A stretch of 64,000 bases of DNA. It comes from Minutocellus sp. GHC0000111 (lineage: Eukaryota). The translations under genes were made by a program, and so were the position numbers. How positions within the stretch are numbered: the stretch's first letter is position 1; the number at the start of each line of letters is the position of its first letter. Shown here piece by piece: positions 1 through 10,967 of this stretch. Below the pieces are notes generated by a model that worked only from the letters and a program-made list of their open reading frames with translations, was not told where the DNA came from and did no database searches. The stretch lies in assembly GCA_977018835.1 (NCBI GenBank), contig OZ361256.1, forward strand, positions 2,852,001-2,916,000, read 5' to 3'.

Positions 1-2572
1 CACTTGTGAGCATCATCTTGCTTGTGGGAGGCTCCTGCTTGGTGTCGGCCGATCCCCGAACATTCTTCTCCTTTTCAATTCGATTTGGTTCACTGACTGC
101 GGTATTCTTAGATTCGTCGCTGCATTGTTTATCCATGCTGTCGCTGGGCGCTGGTATGACGGAGGGGAAAATATCGAAGAACCGCATGAGGCTGGAAGTT
201 TCCAGGGGAGGTAACATTCCTAGCAGGCCCACTGGCTCCGTACTCTTCTCGGCGTTGCTATTCTTTGCCACAATGTCCTTGAAATAATCTTCCTCGATCC
301 CAGGACGTTTGGGATCTAAGGGAACGACACGAGACTTTATGATCCGGCATTTGGATGTATCTTTGGTCTTCTCCAGTTGCTGATTTTGGGCTGACGGCGG
401 AATCTCAACCTTTTGAACACCCTCGGACGGCGGGACCTCAACGTTAGGAATACCTTCTGGCCTTGCGGAGAGTGATCTTTTGATGGCAAAATGCGCCTTT
501 GCTTTCTTCACTGCCTGCAAGTACCTCGACAAGGTGAAAGAAATACCTGCATCAAAGAGGGTCTCGGATTGACGAAGAGCTTTGTGCTGCTCAACCGAAA
601 ATTCCACACCTTCTTCTTTTACAGGAACAGCAGCCATCTTCTCTATAGCAGGGATCTCGTCAATGACTGATGAAGTCTCCAACTGTTCCATAATATCTTC
701 TTCGATAATTTTGGCCACGGCTTTGGGTGCTGTCACAGCAGCCATTCTTTCAACTGATTCCTCTGTGGCAGCATCAGATGAAGTATTGAAATAACCCGAG
801 ATCTCCTCGAGGGCATTGCTAATCGATGACGATACCAGCAGCAGTAGCGCTTGAAAAAAAGCTTCCTCCCTCTCTTGGCCAGAGGTCGCTCCAGTGATGG
901 CTTGTTTACTCGTTGATGTTTTAGAGTCAATCTCCTTCGGTAATTCAGGTTCAACTTCTTCTTCTCCTTCGCGGGATTTTGTTTCGGGTAAAGGTTGAGA
1001 AGGACCGAGGAGTGAATGATTGTTGCGATTAATGAAGCGAACCTGGGCCTCTTCATCCATGGCGTTGAACTTATCGGCGGCATTGAGGAACAATCCATTC
1101 GCCTCGAGTTCGAGCATAACGCCGGTGGCAAGATCTGCCGAACTGAGCAGCATACATGTATCTATAGGGAAGGAAGCACCTCCAGACATCGTTGGCATAC
1201 TCTGGCGTTCGGAACAAACGGTTTCTTGGTCTACTTCTAGCCTTTTGCTATCCGCAAGGTTCTCGGACCTTGCTGCTGTTTTCTCATCATAACATTCAGT
1301 GGCATCGGCACCCAAAGATACCAACGTAGATTCTGAGCTCGACGCTACTAGTACTGGGGACGTTTCGGGAGATGAAGCTATCGATGTCGCATCCGGAATG
1401 CATGGGACTTGAGTCAACTGCTCACACGGTTCAGAGCTGGGCGCGTCACGGGGGGCTTGAGAAGGTGGAACATCCTGAGACGCAGTAGTAGTTGAAGCAA
1501 CTGGAATTCGAGGAGCTGAAGTAGATGAAGGTTGGTACACGACGACGTCACTGCAAGCCTTCCTTGCGAGGCTCGTACTTGTACATGGAGCAGATTCCCT
1601 CGCAGAAGCACTATGCTCTGCAACCAGTTTGAGAATTGTAGCTATCGCCAATCGGAGAAGATCTTCGCGGCGCATGCGCCTCTGTGCCGACAATACAGAT
1701 GGAACGAACAGATCGTTCGGATTTCTGATGACGATGGCATTGTTGATGGCGATATCATGACTTTGCTCTTCAGGCGTTGTGTTGAAGAGCGGGCATTGGA
1801 GCCACGACATGTCGGAGAAGCAACCAAACGTCGACTCTTCATTCGAAGCAGACTTCTCAGCGTCTTCTTCTTCGTTTGTTTGTGCATCTCCGTTCTCAAC
1901 CGGTGGTTCGACCACTGGCTCGACCACTGACTCGACAGGCACACATGCCGTCTCTTCAGCCTCTTCTTGTTCTTCCAAATGCATTTCTTCTTCCTCGTCG
2001 CCATCTGCCTCGAAGCATGACATAGGGCCACAGCTGGCAGTGCTCGGCACAAGTTGCGTCGATACCATCGATGAATTGGACTGAGTGCTGAAGCCGGTTG
2101 CGCTTGTGATGGCGGTGTTGGTGGTATTGGCGGTATTGGCGGTGTAACCTGTATAGTCCGTGTAAGCTGAATACAAACTAAGATAAGCGGAGTAGTCCTC
2201 AACGTCCGCATCGGATGCATCGTCCGATAGAACATTATCGAAAGCGGAAATGCGTTTTGAGGAATACTCCTGATCGATGAAGGATGGCGAGGTGTACGCA
2301 GAGAAGGACATCGTGGAGCTCATGGAGGGCGAGATGGAGAAGGACATGGACGAGACCGACATGGGAATCGTGAGGGCGTATTCGGCATTCTGCGTTGAGA
2401 GTGCGCTGGGAATCATTTGGAGCTGAGGAAGCGACCCGAGGACATCTCCCTCCTCTCCATCGTTGGCGAAGTCATCATCGAGTAGATTGAGGTCCTCTAG
2501 CTCTGACTCCTCGGGCCTTGGGCCAGCCTCAATCTCATCGGGCTGGTCTCTTTCGTCGGTTGAGAGGTCCAT
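1..2572 (-). CDS. Uncharacterised acidic, Ser/Glu-rich protein, 3' end outside the window (>850 aa)
   Basis: Manual translation from ATG at 2572 (MDLSTDERDQPDEIEAG...) stays open to position 1. It is absent from the ORF track because it has no stop inside the window. No domain recognised. Confidence 0.75.
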   Translation of the reverse strand, partial: MDLSTDERDQPDEIEAGPRPEESELEDLNLLDDDFANDGEEGDVLGSLPQLQMIPSALSTQNAEYALTIPMSVSSMSFSISPSMSSTMSFSAYTSPSFIDQEYSSKRISAFDNVLSDDASDADVEDYSAYLSLYSAYTDYTGYTANTANTTNTAITSATGFSTQSNSSMVSTQLVPSTASCGPMSCFEADGDEEEEMHLEEQEEAEETACVPVESVVEPVVEPPVENGDAQTNEEEDAEKSASNEESTFGCFSDMSWLQCPLFNTTPEEQSHDIAINNAIVIRNPNDLFVPSVLSAQRRMRREDLLRLAIATILKLVAEHSASARESAPCTSTSLARKACSDVVVYQPSSTSAPRIPVASTTTASQDVPPSQAPRDAPSSEPCEQLTQVPCIPDATSIASSPETSPVLVASSSESTLVSLGADATECYDEKTAARSENLADSKRLEVDQETVCSERQSMPTMSGGASFPIDTCMLLSSADLATGVMLELEANGLFLNAADKFNAMDEEAQVRFINRNNHSLLGPSQPLPETKSREGEEEVEPELPKEIDSKTSTSKQAITGATSGQEREEAFFQALLLLVSSSISNALEEISGYFNTSSDAATEESVERMAAVTAPKAVAKIIEEDIMEQLETSSVIDEIPAIEKMAAVPVKEEGVEFSVEQHKALRQSETLFDAGISFTLSRYLQAVKKAKAHFAIKRSLSARPEGIPNVEVPPSEGVQKVEIPPSAQNQQLEKTKDTSKCRIIKSRVVPLDPKRPGIEEDYFKDIVAKNSNAEKSTEPVGLLGMLPPLETSSLMRFFDIFPSVIPAPSDSMDKQCSDESKNTAVSEPNRIEKEKNVRGSADTKQEPPTSKMMLTS

Positions 2573-3049
2573 TGTTTTTGTTGCTCAAGTGTGATTTCTC
2601 AGGTCGGTATTTTCTCTCTCCGTTGAATTTCGACGCCCAACTTCGAGTCAAAAATGAAGAAGCTGCGGCGAAACAAACCACGGCATTCAAACGGTCGTCT
2701 TGGGTTGTTGCCTGGGTGCTCTGCCAACGCTTTGGCAGTATCGTTCAGGTTGGAGGGGTCGGGGCGCGATCCTTAACCTCCCGTCGCGTGTCCAAATGAT
2801 GGTTTACGGGCACGGCCGGGCTCGCGGAATAGAGGGAATTGAGCTCATTTCCCGGGAAACGTCCGGAAAACAAGGGGAAATTTTGCTTCCGTCCCCCACC
2901 ATGACTGCACACACCCACCGGTTCCACCGCTGTTGCCGCGAGTGTCCAAGCGAAAATAACCCCAGACGACTTGTCAAGTGCGAAACTGCTAATACATGCT
3001 CACGGCATTGATAACAAATGTCATAGTTTAGGAAATCACTCGACTCAAA

Positions 3050-4330
3050 ATGACGAACAACGCAAACACAACACATGTCGACCACCCCAAACAGCCAAAT
3101 AGAGACGGCAATACATTGAACGGCGCATACATACCACCCAGACCACCCAGACCAATCTCAGATACCCATCCAACGACTGCAGAACCATTTGAATATGAAT
3201 CCCCTTTATCCGGCATTGCTGACAACAAGACACGAAAAGACTACAAATACACCTACCAACAATACTTCTCCTGCAGCCAATGCTGTGATGGCTGCACGTC
3301 CTCCATCCGGCATTGGTTCCAAAACTCGGCCTGGCCCGGCATGGGACTGTTCGGGGAGAGCTACCTGCTCTTCTCCGTCGGGACGCTCAAACCGGTGTGG
3401 GAGATGCTGCATCCAGACTGCTGGGCTGGCGACGACGGCAATGTGTGCAGTACCGCGCTGCTCAACTCCATCACACTGACGTTGGTCGTCGGTGTCATTG
3501 TTGGAATGATTGTGCTGGGCACCATTGCCAACCAAATCGGCCGGCGGGCTGGTAGCATCGTGACGGCAACGCTCATGACGTTCGGTGCCGTCGGCATGTC
3601 GGTCTGCAGCATGATTCTGAGTGACAAACCAGCGTTTTTGTTTGGATCAATGGCGATATTGTTATTTGTATTTGGCATTGGAGTGGGTGGGGAATACCCA
3701 CTGAGTGCAGCCAGTGCCAACGAAAGGGCCATGGCAGAGTTGAAAACAAGAATATCTCGAGAGAATGAAAACTGCAACAACGAATGTACAGAGGGCGCTT
3801 CGGCCACAAATTTTGGTCGAGGAAAGGATGTTCTTTAGGTATTTTTGATGCAAGGAGTCGGAGTCTTTTGCAATGCCATGACCATAACGGCTTTGCTCTT
3901 GATTACGAACCAGGTTGGCAATCAATACAATTCACAGATGCTTTTGGCAATATGGCAAGTTACATGTGCTGTTGGTGCCGTTGTTCTGTCCTATGTTCTC
4001 GTCACACGAATTCTGTACCTCGAAGAGAGTCAGGTTTGGGCCTCGGATAAAGAGATGCGAGAAGATGACATTTCCATCAATAGCGATGTGCACCACCGAC
4101 GCAACGCCGGTGCATCCCCATTGTCGCCCAGTGGAAATTCGCTGGATGCAGCGCTTGGACAGCAAATCCTAAGCTCTTTGAGCATGCCAAGCGGTACTAG
4201 TTCGACCTTTGCCGATTATGGTCGGCAAACACTCCCGCATATGCCTTCCACGACCAGTGAGGACGATCGCAATAGCTCTGCAAACTATCTACTGTTGCGC
4301 AACTATGGTTATAGGTTGCTAGGAACTTCG
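3050..4330 (+). pseudogene. MFS inorganic phosphate transporter (PHT1/PHO84-like), disrupted
   Basis: Motifs GMGLFGESY, GRR loop, GIGVGGEYPLSA (PHT1 signature GGDYPLSA), MQGVG and LLGTS. In-frame TAG at 3836-3838 (ctt TAG gta ttt ttg atg caa). Similarity ends after LLGTS at about 4330, so the C-terminal helices are missing. Confidence 0.8.
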
Positions 4331-4456
4331 CTATATAGAACGACGAAAGCATGGATACGAGTGGTAATGGAAAATAATCTTAACTTCTACCCGTGCTTCC
4401 TTCGGCCTTTCGAATACTTGCACGAGGTCATTTTGCATTTTGTGCCCATCGATATG

Positions 4457-5275
4457 TTATACATCATCCACATTCAGCTGCAGGGCTCCCTCCATCCCTT
4501 CGCCAAAGTATTCTTTTCCCAAGCTCTTGCAGACACGGTAATCCGGAACCAGCGGCGCCACTCCAACAGCGACATGGCCACAGCGGAATCTCATCAAAAC
4601 TGCCAAATCCTCCTTATCATCGTACTCTTCCACCACCTTGGTCAGAGCTGACCTTACACTGGTCATCTCGAAATCATCACGGCATACTTCCTGGTCGAAT
4701 TCACCCATGGTGAGATAATGCAACAGAACCGCCCGTGTGCCCGTCATCATGGTGCCGTTGGGCAGCTTCGGTATCGGAAGAGAGAGATCAGCCAAGGTCG
4801 AGGGAGACTGGACAAACAAAAATCCCTTGCCAAGATTGTGCGACTTGTGCACCGCATACGAACAGGCGTAGAAGCGGATGCGAGTCAGAACATCCTCCCG
4901 CGGTACGTTTGTCCTCCTCGGCGGACAGGGTCATGGCCGGTCCGACGCGTTTGTAGGCGGCGCAGCAATACTTGTGCCCGCCACCGCTGCCCTTCTTCCA
5001 GTCAGCGAGCTGGCAATCTCGAGAGCAGTATGAGGCGGTGGAGCATTTTGCACACTTGGCCGTGCGCCGGCTTTGCCGCACTTGAAGCAGCAGTTCGATG
5101 ATTCCTCATCGTTTGTAGTAGCAGAAGTGCTTGCTGATGACGTCTTATCGTCGGTGATGTAGCCGAGCTCAAGGCATTCGCTCCATCGGATGGTTTTGGG
5201 AGTAGCCGCTGGTATGGAGGCGCCAGCTTCTTCGGAACTTGCGCTGTCGGAGGACTTCTTACTTTCGGACGCCAT
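4457..5275 (-). pseudogene. MYND zinc-finger protein with two frameshifts
   Basis: CFKC...KCAKCSTASYCSRDCQLADWKKG...HKYCC is split over three ORF pieces. Frame breaks near 5064 (-1) and near 4899 (-2). Confidence 0.75.
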
Positions 5276-5607
5276 GGTGGGAGACGATGCTCGGCTCTCT
5301 GAGATCAGGTTATGAGACGGTATCCGGGTCGAGTGAGTCCGAGTCGAGTCACCGACGAAGCAGCGCAAGATCCAAAATCTGTATCCGAAATCCGAAAGCC
5401 TCCGGCCGGGGGCACCAGGCACCAGGCACCAGACGCACCATCATATTCAAGCAACAAGATCTACGCCAATACGAACTCGTACTGCCGGAACATTTGTCTA
5501 AAGCTGCCCCTGTAGCCAGTGAGCCCATTTGCGGAGTTCGGCCTTCAGGCAAGGGTCGGCCCTTGTTCTCAGGTGTGACGCCCACACAAAATATTGGCCA
5601 CCTAACC

Positions 5608-7557
5608 ATGACCACCACCTCGAGCAACAGCAATGCCAGTAAGAGGAGAACAAGAAGAAAGAAGCAGAACCTATCAGTTGGCATTACTGGTAATACTGAT
5701 ACTGATGTGGAGTCTGGCGGACGCCAACGTGCTCCCACGAAGATAATTCCTGGCGAAGCGATAGTTGCCCAAAGTCAAGCTGAAGCAAGAAGCGAGGTCC
5801 AGCACCGAACCAGACGCACAGAGCAGCCAGCGCGCGCTGAGCAGCACGATCGGATCAATGGTTCCAATCGCACCAATAATCGTCGGTCATACCCAACTTG
5901 TCCTTCCATACCGATACCAACAGAAACAATCCAAATAGGATCTACCGATGGAGAGCACTACATACATTACGAAAGGCAAAAGCTGCCACCCGAGGAAGAG
6001 AAGAAGCGAAAAGCAGCCAAACGAAGACCTCAATATGACGCGTTTCTATGCAAGCGGGGGTCCGATGAACGGGAACCACTGCCACGGCACCCCCACACTG
6101 GTGATCCTATATGTGAGAAGAACATTTCCAACCATATATCAAAGACAGCTCGTTGCCCTGATGGCAGAAGCATCCACCGTGTTGACGTAATGGATCGAGA
6201 CGAAGGCAATGCTCATCCGAGGAAGAGAAGAGCCAGCGTTTGCTGGGTTCATGGGAGCGAGTTAGATGAGACCGTGCGGCATCGGTTGGGCCTTGACACG
6301 AATGAGTGGAAGGATGGCGATGCAATGACGATATTGAAATCGGTCTACACCAAAGCTCGAGATTCCGAACACCTGACCAAGGCAAACAAATCCACTGCGA
6401 GCGGTTGTTACGCTGAAAGCGGCTGGGGGGCTGGCGCCGGTCCACAAAATTCATCGTTCAATGCAGCTCCTCCAGGATCGTCAAAGCGCGATGGGGTTGC
6501 ATTTCCCTATGCTAGAAATCCTGAGCTCACCTCAGAGATCGAACCATGTCTAGGAGAGGGTCTTTCAATTGTGAACATGTTCCTGGAAGATCACTGTCCG
6601 GATTTGCACATGAGAGAGAAGAGGAGCGAAGGCTCTCATACTTCTCTTGCATCATCCGACGGCCTTTGTTTCCCTAGGCCTCCGACCAAGGGGGTTTTGA
6701 AGGGGCAGAAAACGATGAATGCCCACCAGATTGCTCTCAGGCTGTGTGGCTGGTGCCAGGCAGGTGGAGCAAATGGAGCAATAACTAATCCGACCAATCT
6801 TGATGTGCACTTTCCATCCGGAACGAGGCAAGAGAAGGAATCGTTGAAGCGGCTTAATAGATCTAGATACGGGGGAAGTGGTTTGCATATCGATTGGCTG
6901 GATCCCGACAGTCGGATGGGAGCCATGACACTTTACGTGTGCTTTGTCGAGCACGGTGCAAGTAGCGGAGATCAAGAGACACGGCTCTTAGAAGACTGTG
7001 ATCTTCTTGTTTATCAGGGGAAAACTGGGGGCCGGGCAATCCGTATCGAAACAATGAAAATTGGATACATCTGCATTGTATTTCACCATGCGTCGAGGCA
7101 TTTACATGGGTCCGTGTTCCCAAAGAATGGAGTGCCGCAGATACTGCGACCAGGAGTCGAAGCGCTCAAGATTGTATGCTATCACACCTTGCATAAGCTG
7201 GTATCAGCTGAGGATGATGAAATTCTTGATAATTACCTGCGTGCTCATTCTGAATTTCTCCTGAAACTTCTTCGAAGAAAGTGGTATCGGCTGGCCTTAT
7301 GCCACGCAGTTTCGTTGATCAGGATCGTGAAAGCGGCTCTTGCCCATAGCAATACGGCCGCGCAACGCAACGTGTATCGCACAATTCTCCACAGAGTATG
7401 GAGGGACATACTACCTGTGTTTGCGATGGAAGGGAGAGAGGGGCAGAGCAAGCCTAGACAGACAAGCTTTGGATGGGCACATTCGATGCTGGGTTTGAAT
7501 TTGATTTGTTATTATCGAAGGGATTCTGGAGTGATTATAATGAGACGCAAAAAGTGA
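5608..7557 (+). CDS. Putative 2OG-Fe(II) dioxygenase, TET/JBP-like, with a long basic N-terminal region
   Basis: Intact ORF, open from 5239 with probable ATG at 5608. HxD (LHID, 6886), distal His (HLHGS, 7105) and a terminal strand LKIVCY (7165-7182) are in the order expected for a double-stranded beta-helix dioxygenase. The family call is motif-based only. Confidence 0.5.
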   Translation: MTTTSSNSNASKRRTRRKKQNLSVGITGNTDTDVESGGRQRAPTKIIPGEAIVAQSQAEARSEVQHRTRRTEQPARAEQHDRINGSNRTNNRRSYPTCPSIPIPTETIQIGSTDGEHYIHYERQKLPPEEEKKRKAAKRRPQYDAFLCKRGSDEREPLPRHPHTGDPICEKNISNHISKTARCPDGRSIHRVDVMDRDEGNAHPRKRRASVCWVHGSELDETVRHRLGLDTNEWKDGDAMTILKSVYTKARDSEHLTKANKSTASGCYAESGWGAGAGPQNSSFNAAPPGSSKRDGVAFPYARNPELTSEIEPCLGEGLSIVNMFLEDHCPDLHMREKRSEGSHTSLASSDGLCFPRPPTKGVLKGQKTMNAHQIALRLCGWCQAGGANGAITNPTNLDVHFPSGTRQEKESLKRLNRSRYGGSGLHIDWLDPDSRMGAMTLYVCFVEHGASSGDQETRLLEDCDLLVYQGKTGGRAIRIETMKIGYICIVFHHASRHLHGSVFPKNGVPQILRPGVEALKIVCYHTLHKLVSAEDDEILDNYLRAHSEFLLKLLRRKWYRLALCHAVSLIRIVKAALAHSNTAAQRNVYRTILHRVWRDILPVFAMEGREGQSKPRQTSFGWAHSMLGLNLICYYRRDSGVIIMRRKK

Positions 7558-7673
7558 CTGTACATTCAAGCTCAAATTATTTTAAGACTTATTCATTCAA
7601 AACAGACCATGTACGTAGAAATATCGCCCGAATGGAATATTTAGGTAGGCACCCCATACTTACTTCTTATCAT

Positions 7674-10322
7674 TTAGAAGTCATCCCATCCATCATCAAC
7701 ATGGTCATTCGACAATTTCTTCACTGGAGGCTTTGGGGCAGCTTTGGTTTTTGCAGGCATGACAAGCTTTCCCTTCCCACCTACTTTTGACGCTGATTTT
7801 AGACCCCCCATCTTGAGACCGGTTGATGCTGATGGCTTGGAACCAAACGATGCAAAGAAATCTTCATCGTCACCTCCAACGCCGCCGCCACCGAGTCCTA
7901 AATCGTCATCGTCATCATCGGACCAACCACCGCCGCCTCCGCCACCGCCACCAATCTTGGCATCGCTCAATGAGAGAGATGCAAATGCCGGGGCAGCCTT
8001 GGCAGGAGTGCGCTGCTGCTGTACTGGAGTTGGTTTCGGTGCAGGTGGGGCGGCTGGTGCGGGGGCAGAGGCTGAATAAGAGGCACGAGAGGGTAGCTCA
8101 GACACATGACCGGCAGACGCCGGAGGCGCTTGGGCCGAGGTACCAGTAGCACTCTCAACGACTTTCGATGCTGCCCATGAGCCAAGGCTCGATAGATAAC
8201 TTCCACTCGACGGGGCTTCGGCGGTACTTCCTGTGGGTACACCAGCACTACCAACTCCATTCGGCACACTACCACCCATATCATTGGCAGGCGCCATCGC
8301 AGCCCTCCTTTGCTCTTCCTCTGCCATCTTGGTACTTTCCACTCTCAATATCACCATGAAGGATTCCATCACGCCGAATGCTTCCTTCCGAACTTCCGAA
8401 TCAACGTCTAACAAATGAGACACCACAGCAGGCATCACCTTGGTTGATACATCCATTGGGCTATAGTATTCCTTGCAACTTTGTACGGCACGCAAAGCTG
8501 CCAATCGGCATGGCTTGAAGTCATCCTTCATGGCCCGCTCAAAGGCGGGAAGGATCAGTTTCTGCCGCGAGGTCTCCGATAGATTCGGTGCAACCTTGCC
8601 CACAAATATGGCGGTATTAGTGCGAATGCTGGGCTCGGGATCAGACTGCAACCGAATGAGATATCTCACTAGTTTCTCCAAGTTTGTTGGAGTAAGGTTG
8701 GGAACCAAAGATATGGCCGACTTGAGCGTCAACTCTCGCAGAGCAGCACTGGAGTCGGTAAATCCAGAGCACATGGGTTCAAATACAGATACATTGAGAG
8801 CCGCCTTATCAAGGTGAGCCGAGTATAATGAAGATTGCTGAAGAAGTGCGCCACGGACTCCGCGATCGTTGATTTTGAACAACACCTCCACGATGGGAGT
8901 CAGTGCGGCTTTAAATTCATCAGGATCGGACATAAGGTGATTCTCGGCAATGGCGAATAACGGTGGAATGATAGCAAGAACTGCAAAAAGCATGGATTTC
9001 AAAATGGAGAATAGATGAGTATGAGATATGGAATGTATCATATCATCCATCATGTGATGATTATTCCGGCGACCTTTGCAAATCGGAACCGCCACGGACA
9101 TCTCAAGATCCCGGTCAGTGATCCCGATCTGGGTTGGTTCGTATCTTCGCAGCTTTCAAATAAATCCTTCACACTTTGCAATAATAACTTACCCTCTCTT
9201 CGATTGACATCCTGCTGCATGGCCCCTTCGGTGCCTGCTATGGTCGTTACAGCACCCACCAACACCGGCATTACCTTGTAGATCGCCACGTCTCTCCCCA
9301 GGACGTCCCGTCCCAACAGTTCCGGCAGATTTTGGATGAATCGGATCTTCTCCTCGGCGGGCTTGACCGACATGGTATCCAAAAAGTCCATCGCATGGAT
9401 GTACGGCACATCGAATACGGGACATTTGAGAAGGGGCAGGACGCGAGGTCGCATGCGTATGTTGGGCGTGACGAGCCGTTGGACTGCCTTCTGCAGTTTG
9501 AGAGGAATTTTGTTTGCCACTGGTACCGCTCCCTGGATGGCCGTACAGATGCTCAATCAGAACGCCCAACGAGAAGGAGTCCATGGTATGGACGGCACTT
9601 GTTGAAACGGCATCCCAACGATTCTCCAACCGTTCGGGGCTTCGATATTCGTTGGGAGTGATGGCACCCTCCAAATGACGGAAGAGTGGAGTAGGGCCGC
9701 CACCTCCATCACTAATGCCAATGGACGTCAGCAGGGAGTAGTTGAATAGCTTGAAGTCTCCACTGGGAGTTACATAGATGCTGGCGGGACAGAGGGCACC
9801 GTGGGCCAACTTGGCCGTATTGTGTAAGAATCCCAGAGCATTGATCAGATTGTGCAGTCCCCACGCCACCTTGTTGGCGTTCTCCGATGAGGTGGGGAGG
9901 GAATCCAAATAATCCTCGAGGGGGATGGCCCGCTCGGTAACAATTAGCAGATCACCGGCGGTCAGCACGTCCGATCCGAGGGGCTGATGAGGTGGCTGAC
10001 CGCTCAGGTCGGGCGGTCCGTCGCCGTTCGGGTAGTCGGTGTCCAGAGTGGCATACACCTTGAGCAGATTGGGATGGACCAGCGTCTTGCATTTGCGAAA
10101 GTGCTGAATGGCCGGCACCAGCTGATTGTGGGTGGGATCGTGCGACCGAGGACTAAGCGGGGTGGAAGCCAGAATTGATTTGGTTGCCTTGAACACCGTT
10201 ACGGGCAAAGAATCGGATTTGCGCGAACCGGCATGGATGGCAAACCCATACGATCCCGGACGGGATGGAGAATGAGTTTGCTCATCTACCGTGTAGGGGA
10301 GGGCCGATGCCGAGTTGCCCAT
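7674..10322 (-). pseudogene. SCYL1: SCY1-like pseudokinase with HEAT repeats, frameshifted
   Basis: MGNSAS myristoylation-type start, KTLVHPNLLK, HGALCPASIYVT..GDFKL, HEAT region (LRELTLKS, SIRTNTAI), acidic tail ending DDGWDDF. One intron. A 4-bp duplication (tttgtttg, 9509-9516) breaks the frame at GKIPLK. Confidence 0.8.
8981..9192 (-). other. Spliceosomal intron of SCYL1 (212 nt)
   Basis: GTAAGT...TTTTTGCAG. Splicing gives NRRE-VLAIIPPLF. Confidence 0.75.
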
Positions 10323-10967
10323 GGCTCAACCAAATAAATGAATGATGAAGAGTGAACAAGGGGCGGAAAGTGATGGGTTGTGCTCGATCTCGATTTCAAG
10401 CACAAGTGCAACCGTCCTGCAGAAACACTTCTCCGGCAAGCGCTCAAAGGCAGGGGAGAGATTTAGATTACTGCAACAGCACCTCCAAGGCGGTCGAGCG
10501 ACAAGTATGAATACAAGGCCGGGCGGTATCGGTACACCTCGTGGTCAACAAAGAAACAAATGACGACGGGGAGCAAAGCGTAAGCGGCGGCCAGCGGCCG
10601 GACGATGCGAGAGAAGTGGAAGACTTCCGGGTCGTTTCATGAGTTCGTACGTACGTAGGAGTCCTACGCCACATCGCGCTATCGATCTGCACACGCCCCC
10701 GCCCGGCCAACAAAACCACCACACCGACCGACGCAACGCAACGTTGGGATACTTCTACGTAGCTCTAGAGCAAGCGGCTTGGCTAGTATAGAACTCAGAG
10801 TACTGCTGCCAGCACCATTCGAGTCCGAGGTGTGGTGGGGGGGCTTCTCTTTACTAGTATCTACGATCTACGCTGCTGACTGCAACCAATAATCGGCACA
10901 ACGCAACGCACGTGCCAAAGAGGCCCAACCTCAGCCGCCCCTGCCGCATCAACAAGAATTGTAAAGA

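Noticed and set aside
3836..3838. Alternative genetic code to explain in-frame stops
   Set aside because: TAA, TAG and TGA all end intact genes in this window, and frameshifts co-occur with the stops.
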